A stretch of 26,007 nt of DNA, taken from IMG/VR virus record IMGVR_UViG_3300029781_000008, positions 1 through 26,007 of that record; one strand, 5' to 3'. Both the position numbers and the translations under genes were made by a program. Positions 16,221 through 23,487 of the stretch are shown piece by piece. Source of the stretch: a virus. Below the pieces are notes generated by a model that was not told the origin of the DNA, did no database searches, and saw only the letters and a list, made by a program, of their open reading frames with translations. Position 1 is the first letter of the stretch; each line of letters begins with the position of its first letter.

Positions 16221-16438
16221 GCGCTCTGCGCCCCCGCAGGGGCCGGGGCCTCCGGTGCCGTGCCGTCCGAGTCGATTTCTTCTGAATTAAGTTTTTGTAT
16301 ACGTATTCGGTAATACCGGATTCCTTCCCGTACGCAAGAGCGGATGAACGCGGAGCGGTTCCCCGGGATGCTTTCAAGGGCCGCTCTCTCAGTGGAGGTG
16401 AACTTGATTGAAATGGGCTTTCCGTATCTTTCTACCAT
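16217..16438 (-). CDS. Ribbon-helix-helix regulator (73 aa)
   Basis: KPISIKFTSTERAALESIPGNRSAFIRSCVREGI. Confidence 0.75.
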   Translation of the reverse strand: MVERYGKPISIKFTSTERAALESIPGNRSAFIRSCVREGIRYYRIRIQKLNSEEIDSDGTAPEAPAPAGAQSA

Positions 16439-16462
16439 GTCAGTACATAAAAAAGAGAATAG

Positions 16463-16472
16463 TATATATATA
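16463..16472. promoter_or_regulatory. Symmetric TATA box, possibly bidirectional
   Basis: TATATATATA lies 24 nt from ATG 16438 (-) and 27 nt from ATG 16500 (+); the purine-rich BRE-like flank favours the + direction. Confidence 0.55.
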
Positions 16473-16499
16473 GCAAGAAACTATGTGGTTGGTGTAGAG

Positions 16500-16616
16500 A
16501 TGAAAGCAAAACCGAATAGCGATAAATTAGGCGGTTTAATAGAAATCGCTGGAGAGCCGCTATACCCCCCCACTGCTGCCGCCGAGGTTAGGGATTTGAA
16601 TGGAAATTCGATTTGA
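16500..16616 (+). CDS. Possible small peptide (38 aa)
   Basis: ATG at leaderless distance from the TATA box; no recognisable motif. Confidence 0.3.
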   Translation: MKAKPNSDKLGGLIEIAGEPLYPPTAAAEVRDLNGNSI

Positions 16617-16887
16617 AAATACGGAATTTAATTTAGCCAGCACGATTGTCGAATACAACGGAGTGAATAGGGGCACCGTGGAGCAAATCTGCTTCCTCGC
16701 GGCGGTGGCGGAATCAATGGGCTATCAAGTATCTCTGGTTAGGTTCTGGGATGCTGTTGATAGCACTTTTGAACTCGCGCGGATGATTGCGGATAACCTA
16801 CAGCAATCTTTTGAGAACCTATCAAAAGTATGGGGAGGGGTTGACTGGGGTAAATTGCGTGAGGCTGCGATGGGGGAAAGAAGATGA
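16600..16887 (+). CDS. Hypothetical protein (95 aa)
   Basis: GAGG upstream; stop overlaps the next start (ATGA). Confidence 0.65.
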   Translation: MEIRFENTEFNLASTIVEYNGVNRGTVEQICFLAAVAESMGYQVSLVRFWDAVDSTFELARMIADNLQQSFENLSKVWGGVDWGKLREAAMGERR

Positions 16888-17348
16888 ATAAGACAATATT
16901 CGCATTAATGGCGCTGCTGATGATAGCGCCAAGTATGGCAATAGAACAGGCTGATATGGCCTATTTGAAGGGCCTGGACGATGGTTATACATTAGGTAGG
17001 GCATCTATCCAAGGGCAAACCAATACATCTCAGGAGGCCATCTACAATGGCATGGTAGCGGATCTCAATGCCTGGATGGATCAGATAGGCTATGAGGGCG
17101 GAAGATGGGGCAACCTGCCAATAATTAATCACACTCTGCCTCCGATCTTTAATGGTGGTATATCCATGCAGCAGCCATATATTGAGGCCACAGGAAAGGC
17201 ATCTGGCGTAGAGCACAAGATCGATGGAAAGGCCGGAGGACAGAGCTATACCACCAATGACGCCAATCTCCTTCCTGATAATGTCAGGTACAACCACACC
17301 TCAAGGACATACTCCGATCTTGGAGGGCAATGGTTAGGGGGGATTTGA
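16884..17348 (+). CDS. Secreted hypothetical protein (154 aa)
   Basis: Clear signal peptide MNKTIFALMALLMIAPSMA; no C-terminal anchor. Confidence 0.75.
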   Translation: MNKTIFALMALLMIAPSMAIEQADMAYLKGLDDGYTLGRASIQGQTNTSQEAIYNGMVADLNAWMDQIGYEGGRWGNLPIINHTLPPIFNGGISMQQPYIEATGKASGVEHKIDGKAGGQSYTTNDANLLPDNVRYNHTSRTYSDLGGQWLGGI

Positions 17349-17349
17349 A

Positions 17350-17688
17350 ATGATTAACGACCTAAAGCACCAATTGGCAGATGCTTACACTGAACTGGCA
17401 AAACAGCGCACAGCCATGTATGAAGCTGAAGAAATCCGCATCGAAGCTGCAATCAAAAGAGAAGAAAAGTTCCTGGAGGCTATCAATGAGGCCCAGGCAG
17501 ATGGCATAACTGATCCAGGCCGCCAGCAACAGAAAGCCCAGAAGGCCACAAGAGCAGAACTGACCGACCTACACCAATCGGAGAAGGCTGCCAGAAAAGC
17601 AGCCTATGAATATCAGCTGGCAGGAATCCGGGTGGATGGATTGGTGAAGCTGTTGGAATGCGAAAAACTGGCGGCCCAAAAAGAGTAA
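17350..17688 (+). CDS. Helical/coiled-coil hypothetical protein (112 aa)
   Basis: A/E/K/Q-rich heptad-like sequence; starts 1 nt after the previous stop. Confidence 0.75.
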   Translation: MINDLKHQLADAYTELAKQRTAMYEAEEIRIEAAIKREEKFLEAINEAQADGITDPGRQQQKAQKATRAELTDLHQSEKAARKAAYEYQLAGIRVDGLVKLLECEKLAAQKE

Positions 17689-17694
17689 CTATTT

Positions 17695-18405
17695 TCAAAC
17701 TTTTTGAATATACACAAGAGCATAATAGTACGGCAAGCAGGTTACTGCATTCCCTGAGAAGCTTGTCCCTTCCGCTGCACTATGGCCATGAGCACCGCCT
17801 CCACCTGTGCTGGATGAGGTTTGGGTAACTGATGCCGTGCCGCAGACTGTTACACCTCCAGATCCCGTGTAGTAGGACCCGTCAAGAGTGCAGCCACGCT
17901 CAGAATATGGATGAACATGGGAAGCCATCTCAGCAGTAGTCAATACATGACCGGACACAGTAACCGTTCCGGCCATGGTGAATGTGACTGATCCACCAGA
18001 GTCTCCAACCGAATATGTCCCGCCAGCTCCTACGACAAATTTATCCCTTAAGTCGCGTGTCCCTCCAGATCCATCACAAATATGCCAGCCTGACGGAATT
18101 GAGCCAACCGAGCCATACCACAGGATAATCAGGCCCGTAGGGACTCCCAGGCCTGCAAAACTGGATGCATGGAGGTTTCCACCGCTCTTGTAGATAAGGT
18201 CTGCATCTGCGCCGCTGCCACTTCCATCATTCCCCGAATACCAAAAAGTAGCTTCCATCTCGGTTTGAGTGGGATATAGAGCATCATGATTATGTGCAGC
18301 TAAATAGCTCGATGCTTCGGTGTAGATGGTTTCAAAATTATCCATGACGGAGATTGTAACAGCGTTGCCTGCTGCCCAAGGGTTATGATTTTTAGTATAT
18401 GCCAT
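17695..18405 (-). CDS. Tail-collar/short tail fibre protein, paralog 3 (236 aa; start moved to ATG 18405)
   Basis: GLIILWYGSVGSIPSGWHICDGSGGTRDLRDKFVVGAG; HVH/HGH motifs; terminal PYYYALVYIQK. Confidence 0.85.
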   Translation of the reverse strand: MAYTKNHNPWAAGNAVTISVMDNFETIYTEASSYLAAHNHDALYPTQTEMEATFWYSGNDGSGSGADADLIYKSGGNLHASSFAGLGVPTGLIILWYGSVGSIPSGWHICDGSGGTRDLRDKFVVGAGGTYSVGDSGGSVTFTMAGTVTVSGHVLTTAEMASHVHPYSERGCTLDGSYYTGSGGVTVCGTASVTQTSSSTGGGGAHGHSAAEGTSFSGNAVTCLPYYYALVYIQKV

Positions 18406-18418
18406 CTTATCCTTACCC

Positions 18419-19129
18419 TCATGCATACTTCATAATATAATATAGGCTGTAATAGGGTGGTCTGGGATCTATCCCGGTTGCGCTTAATGTCGATCCAGTA
18501 TGACCATGAGCACCGTCCCCGCTTGTCTGATTCTGTAGAGTAGTGCCGAAATTCCTCACGCTGGTAGGAGTATCTCCTGAATATAAACTAGAGAACGCTC
18601 CCCAGCCGCTATTCTGGCTATCATACACTCCATGAGTATGAGCCGGGATCTCTGTGGTAGCAAGGATATGATCTCCTACTGTGACTGTGCCTGTAGGCGT
18701 AATCGTACCATTCCAGGATGCAGGACCACCAGTAGCCCCCACAGCATAAGTATTCCCTGCTCCAATCACAAATCTATCTCGGAGGTCTGGTGTAACATAT
18801 CCCCCATAGGTTCCACCATCGCAAATATGCCAGTTGGCAGGTATGGTAGCATCCGTCCCGCTCCAGACCATGATAGCTCCAATAGGCATCACAGACGATA
18901 AGAGATCTGCATAATGATTACCATCTAGCTTATCTGCATCAAAACCGGTATAATAAGATGTGCTAAAAAATGTAACATCAGCAGTGGCTTTAGTATAATA
19001 TCTGGAATCATGAGTATGGAGATCTGCATCTGCCTTAGCCGCATCATATTGAGTCTCGATATGATTAAAAGCAGCGCCGGATAGAAAATCAACAGCTGAC
19101 CATGCAGAATGATATTTTGTGTAGCTCAT
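18419..19129 (-). CDS. Tail-collar/short tail fibre protein, paralog 2 (236 aa)
   Basis: GAIMVWSG...IPANWHICDG...TPDLRDRFVIGAG; HTHDSRYY; DADKLDG; terminal PPYYSLYYIMK. Confidence 0.85.
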   Translation of the reverse strand: MSYTKYHSAWSAVDFLSGAAFNHIETQYDAAKADADLHTHDSRYYTKATADVTFFSTSYYTGFDADKLDGNHYADLLSSVMPIGAIMVWSGTDATIPANWHICDGGTYGGYVTPDLRDRFVIGAGNTYAVGATGGPASWNGTITPTGTVTVGDHILATTEIPAHTHGVYDSQNSGWGAFSSLYSGDTPTSVRNFGTTLQNQTSGDGAHGHTGSTLSATGIDPRPPYYSLYYIMKYA

Positions 19130-19132
19130 TCT

Positions 19133-19828
19133 TTATCCCTTCATTATTATGCAAAGAGCATAATAGGGTGGCATTTTGTCCTGACTGGATGTACCCGCAA
19201 AGCTAGCAGAATGTGTATGAGCATCGCCGCTGCCAGCAGCATCTGAATTCCTGCTCTTTGTTGTTTCAATTGATACATAATATCCTATCCCTCCTGTGGG
19301 GTTCCCATTGCTCATATTATTAATTCCGATATCAGCAGATGTATGTGTGTGCTTAGGGATCTCTCCGGCGGTCAGTGCATGGCCAGCTATTGTAACTGTT
19401 GCCGTGGTGGTGACAGTAGCAGTCCCGCCAGAATCTCCCTTGGAATAATGATTACCTGCTCCTACAACAAATTTCCCTCGGAGGTCCGGCGTCCCGTTTA
19501 GTCCATTGCATAGATACCATCCAGAAGGAATAGATGCCTCAGATCCGGACCAGATAGCTATGCACCCAGATGGCGTTCCGGCATCAATGATCTGCTGGGC
19601 AGTGTAGCCGTCAAGAGTAGCACAAATCAGCCCTGAGCCGCTGCCATCATTGGAAGAAGTGAAGAATTTTGCTGCTGCCTGGGCATCAGTATAATAACTA
19701 TTGCTATGGGTTATGGAATCAATATAGCTGGTGATCTCTGAGTACATCCCTTCCAGGTTATCCAGGGCCGCCAGCTTTTCCGCCTGGCTCATGGAGTGCT
19801 CCAGCCAGTCAGTCTTAACGTAGCTCAT
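19133..19828 (-). CDS. Tail-collar/short tail fibre protein, paralog 1 (231 aa)
   Basis: GCIAIWSGSEASIPSGWYLCNGLNGTPDLRGKFVVGAG; HTH motifs; terminal PPYYALCIIMK. Confidence 0.85.
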   Translation of the reverse strand: MSYVKTDWLEHSMSQAEKLAALDNLEGMYSEITSYIDSITHSNSYYTDAQAAAKFFTSSNDGSGSGLICATLDGYTAQQIIDAGTPSGCIAIWSGSEASIPSGWYLCNGLNGTPDLRGKFVVGAGNHYSKGDSGGTATVTTTATVTIAGHALTAGEIPKHTHTSADIGINNMSNGNPTGGIGYYVSIETTKSRNSDAAGSGDAHTHSASFAGTSSQDKMPPYYALCIIMKG

Positions 19829-21612
19829 GCTTCTCCATTAATATATGTGGCATTGATCTGGTAGCTCTCTAAAATAGTTTTGATTCGGCTGAAATTGGCC
19901 CGGAATAGCTCCACCCCGGAGCCATAAGTTATCGTTGCCAATGATCCGCCCCAAAAGACCACCTCATCAATCTCTCCCAATGCATCAGAAGGAGAGATGA
20001 ATGAATAGCTATGATATTCGTAGTCTCCTGTCTCATCTGGGACGGATGTGTGCTGCTTCCTGAAGACACAAGCGCCATCATTCCAAAATTCTATGTACTC
20101 GGTCCGATCATCTTCTTCAAAGCATGGCCATGAGTCGTCTGAGACAGCCAGACCGGTTCCTATTGCAGCAGCAGTAAATGGGTTAGGTCTATCAGCCAGA
20201 TAGAATGTATGTGCGAAATTATAGAGCTTAGTTACTCCTGTGCTCTCTTCTACACCTTCACGGACCTCGTAGACGAGTTGGTACGACGTATTAAGAAAGT
20301 TAACCCAGTCGTCTATGACCGGGCCGTACACCCCCTCTACCGAATAGGTAGTTATGCCATCTTTCCACTCCTCTGAGACATGATAAATCAGGATATCCTC
20401 ATTGATCCCCATATAATTGAAATTCTGCAAGACACCGGCAGCTAAGCCTGACCGCAGCGTCTTATAGCTGATCCTGAGACCATCTACTCCATACTCCGCT
20501 ATCTTGGCGCTGGCGTACTCTCCGGCGGCTACAATAGAATTTAAACTCTCATCTACGGTGATATGCTCCACTTTTCCGCTACCAAATCCTTGCCTGGTAA
20601 TGTTATTAGCTATGGCTGTAAGGTCTTCTGCTTTTGATTTGGATCTCCACAGGCCATAATATTCAGCTACAATCACTGCACCATTGGCAGGGGCTATATC
20701 GAATGTGATCGTCTCAGAATTAATGGCATAATAGCAATCATAGGTTCCTGCATCCGTTCCCTTTTGACCTATGGTCTGGGCAGTTGCTCCCACTGTAACA
20801 GTAGAGAATCTATTAGCTGGATAGGCCAGGGGAAATGTCTTAGTAATGCCATCTCCTATCCAAGATTCAGTTTGCAGATCAGTCTCTTCATAACCGCCAA
20901 TGATGATCTCTGTATTGCGATAGTCCGGATTCTCTCTGGTGATATCCAAGCTATCTGCAAGGATATCTTCGCCATCGGACACCTGCCAATCCGCAGCATA
21001 ACGCGTCCTAGTATGGAAGTATAGCTTGAGATCATAATCTAAGTAGACCACAAACCCGCAGGCCTCCGCAAGCTTCTGGAGGCCTTCCAGAGCACTCTTG
21101 TTGCCTATGGAGATTTCTGATAATTGATTTCCATCCTCGATATATCCAGCAGTGATCCCTTCTTCGGCCAGGTACTCATCCAGGATCTCCTGAACAGCCA
21201 CGCCCGGGAGTTTGTCGGTGGCTGCATAGTCAATCATCCTCCATCCAAGTACAGAAGTATAGTCTACTGCCTCTATGGAGTGGAATTTCATCAAGGTTCC
21301 GGGGATAGGGACAGTCTGGCAGCTCTGTACGACTCCACCAAAGCTTTTCTCTCCATCCCAAGCTTGGATTATCACCCTCTGCCGCTCATAGAATGTGAGG
21401 GAACCGGCGGCATCGTAGACCACGAAGGATGCAGTCGAGCGGCCATCTGTCCGATGGTCGATGGAGAGGCCCGGATCATTGAGCCATAGCTGTTCGATGT
21501 CCGCCCATTCATCCAGGAGCGTGGCGTCATTAGGCCACACGGTGGCGTCGTTGTCGTAGAGGGCGGAGGTGAAAATTGGAGTGGTCCCCACGGTTATGAG
21601 GGCGTCGCTCAT
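19825..21612 (-). CDS. Baseplate hub/Tal-like tail protein with C-terminal fibre-adaptor-like domain (595 aa)
   Basis: Position downstream of the tape measure gene; LQKLAEACGFVVYLDYDLKLYFH hub-type motif; C-terminal EIDEVVFWGG...AT...GSGVELFR...KTILES. Confidence 0.7.
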   Translation of the reverse strand: MSDALITVGTTPIFTSALYDNDATVWPNDATLLDEWADIEQLWLNDPGLSIDHRTDGRSTASFVVYDAAGSLTFYERQRVIIQAWDGEKSFGGVVQSCQTVPIPGTLMKFHSIEAVDYTSVLGWRMIDYAATDKLPGVAVQEILDEYLAEEGITAGYIEDGNQLSEISIGNKSALEGLQKLAEACGFVVYLDYDLKLYFHTRTRYAADWQVSDGEDILADSLDITRENPDYRNTEIIIGGYEETDLQTESWIGDGITKTFPLAYPANRFSTVTVGATAQTIGQKGTDAGTYDCYYAINSETITFDIAPANGAVIVAEYYGLWRSKSKAEDLTAIANNITRQGFGSGKVEHITVDESLNSIVAAGEYASAKIAEYGVDGLRISYKTLRSGLAAGVLQNFNYMGINEDILIYHVSEEWKDGITTYSVEGVYGPVIDDWVNFLNTSYQLVYEVREGVEESTGVTKLYNFAHTFYLADRPNPFTAAAIGTGLAVSDDSWPCFEEDDRTEYIEFWNDGACVFRKQHTSVPDETGDYEYHSYSFISPSDALGEIDEVVFWGGSLATITYGSGVELFRANFSRIKTILESYQINATYINGEA

Positions 21613-22155
21613 CTAATACATCTCCTGGAGGGCGATTCGCCGAAGGCCCATATAGGAGGCATTCCCCCAATTATTGGCGATTTTGACCGCGAAGTATCGA
21701 TATGCTTGATGGGGCGGAACTAAAATATATTTGGGGTCCGGAGAATTGGCGGCGACGTGTTGAGCGAATTGTCCGGCTGCGATCTGAGTCCAGCCGGTAT
21801 CAGTTGCATAAGTCAATTCTCCGAAGGAAGATGCTGAATTCGACCCTTGCAGAATAAAATTTTTAGATCCGGCGTCTGTGTCCTTGCCAGAAGCATGAGA
21901 ATTCTCATAATATATCCGGCCTATGACCTTCATTGCCCCAAGATCAACGTGGTATCTCTGGTTTGTGACTGCGCCTTCCGTCTGCCATTCTGTGGCCACG
22001 CCGTCACCCGTCAGAGAATTGGCGGGGTCATATGCTTCATGTGCAGCTTGAGCAGAATAGACCTGTGTGGCCTTAACATATGTGGTGGAATACTCGGCTG
22101 GATACAATGATTGAAATTGCCCCGTCAGCTTCGTTTGTCGTCTAACTATAGCCAT
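21613..22155 (-). CDS. Discoidin (F5/8 type C)-like carbohydrate-binding virion protein (180 aa; start moved to ATG 22155)
   Basis: AYD...W...QRYHVDLG...KNFILQGSN...W...YRYFAVKI pattern; GTGAGG RBS. Confidence 0.75.
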   Translation of the reverse strand: MAIVRRQTKLTGQFQSLYPAEYSTTYVKATQVYSAQAAHEAYDPANSLTGDGVATEWQTEGAVTNQRYHVDLGAMKVIGRIYYENSHASGKDTDAGSKNFILQGSNSASSFGELTYATDTGWTQIAAGQFAQHVAANSPDPKYILVPPHQAYRYFAVKIANNWGNASYMGLRRIALQEMY

Positions 22156-22162
22156 ATCCGCC

Positions 22163-23470
22163 TCACGGTACAACGAAAATTGCCGATACTGTCAAATCGG
22201 TGGCGTCGCCATTGCTGCCGTTGGCGTCGGTCACCACTTCTATTGCCTCATCTCGATTAATATCGTAGTTGGTGGTATTGATTCCCACCACCGTGGATGT
22301 CCAGGTTTCGGCCACTGCTTCTCCCGCGTTCGTATTGGATGTACCTACCACACTACCGGCAATCGATATAGTGACCCTCGGCTGATTGGCCCCGCTGTCA
22401 TCCACCCTGACAGTATGCCGAATCTGGACACAATAAGCCTTAGTCAAATTCCAGTCGAATTTTGTCCGAGCATCAGAGGCCAGGAGACCGGTATTGGCAG
22501 CATCGGCGAAGGCTCCAGGTATGAAGAAATCTACTTGCACCACTCTGGTGGGATCGCCCCAATAAAGAGCAGTGACATCCCCGCCCAATGGAGCCCCCGC
22601 GACGGTGAGCAAATTAGAAGTTATCGCCGTCACTATGCCATAATACACCACCCCGCCAATGGTGTATTTCACCGGATAGCCCACTAAGATAGTGCCGGTG
22701 AGATCGGCTGTCATTGTTAGCGTGGAGGTGCTCGGCGGAGTGGCGGTGAAATTTGTTTCCGCCGTCCAGAAAGACGCGCTCCCGCTGGCATCGCTCCATG
22801 AGGGGTCTGCTCCATTTCCGCCTGTGGTAAGAACCTGGCCAGCCACTCCGTGAGGAAGCATAGCCCACGCCGACGCGCCCCTATAGAGCACATCCCCACG
22901 CTCCGCCGTGCCGAGAAGGTCCAGGATTTCAGTTATGGAGCACTCTTCCCCCGCTCCCGCGCCCGCGGTCTTGCGCCCTAGAACCTTCGCAGTAGCCCCG
23001 AAGCTGGTTGCAGCGGCCACTATAGCCGCCCCGTCCCCTCCGTTGTGGTCGTGACTATCACCATTGGTTACTCCCTTGGCGGCTACCGCAAAGCTGGCCG
23101 GAGAGTATGCAGAATTCTTGAGAAGCTTCCCAGTAGCACCATCGAATAGAGGGATATTGCCATCTGTAGCTCCAGCGGGCCCGGACAAATCGCCTGCTGT
23201 GAGAGGATAAATTTGCCTCCAGATTGCAGATCCGGATGTAGCATTTTCGCATACAAAGACTTTATGGCCTGTTGTATTATACCATTGGCTTCCGGCTGAG
23301 TAACCATCACCACTATCATCGTTTGCGGTGGGATCTGAAGCTGCCACAAAATTGCATTTAGCTATGGCAGCATCAATGATATCTAAATTAGAGTTAAAAT
23401 AAGTCAGCAGGTTTGCCCTTGTGGACACACCCGCAGTTAGTTTGTCTAATGAATTCCTAGCAGTTACCAT
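22163..23470 (-). CDS. Mosaic tail fibre/receptor-binding protein (435 aa)
   Basis: Common fibre modules: DPTANDD..GYS.GS.W.N, GP.GATDGNIPLFDGATGKLLK, GDSHDH, RGDVLYRGASAW.ML..G..GQVL..G....PSW. Confidence 0.8.
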   Translation of the reverse strand: MVTARNSLDKLTAGVSTRANLLTYFNSNLDIIDAAIAKCNFVAASDPTANDDSGDGYSAGSQWYNTTGHKVFVCENATSGSAIWRQIYPLTAGDLSGPAGATDGNIPLFDGATGKLLKNSAYSPASFAVAAKGVTNGDSHDHNGGDGAAIVAAATSFGATAKVLGRKTAGAGAGEECSITEILDLLGTAERGDVLYRGASAWAMLPHGVAGQVLTTGGNGADPSWSDASGSASFWTAETNFTATPPSTSTLTMTADLTGTILVGYPVKYTIGGVVYYGIVTAITSNLLTVAGAPLGGDVTALYWGDPTRVVQVDFFIPGAFADAANTGLLASDARTKFDWNLTKAYCVQIRHTVRVDDSGANQPRVTISIAGSVVGTSNTNAGEAVAETWTSTVVGINTTNYDINRDEAIEVVTDANGSNGDATDLTVSAIFVVP

Positions 23471-23487
23471 TTATTCATCCCCTTATC

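Larger units (their letters stand above)
1..16450. mobile_element. Inovirus/pleolipovirus-like (non-tailed, membrane-extrusion type) archaeal virus or provirus; left boundary probably outside the window
   Basis: Coat-like, adhesin and membrane genes plus FtsK/HerA ATPase (39-6848), tyrosine integrase (7176-8423), three RHH regulators and an SF3-like helicase. No terminase, portal or HK97 capsid motifs recognised. Confidence 0.7.

Noticed and set aside
22123-22138. Partial match to the 26-bp palindrome (CGTCAGCTTCGTTTGT)
   Set aside because: Needs a gap, lacks the left arm, and lies in the other element; likely chance.
17695-23470. Diversity-generating retroelement acting on tail fibres
   Set aside because: No reverse transcriptase and no near-identical VR/TR pair seen; shared short matches (e.g. 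CCATGAGCACCG) reflect paralogy.
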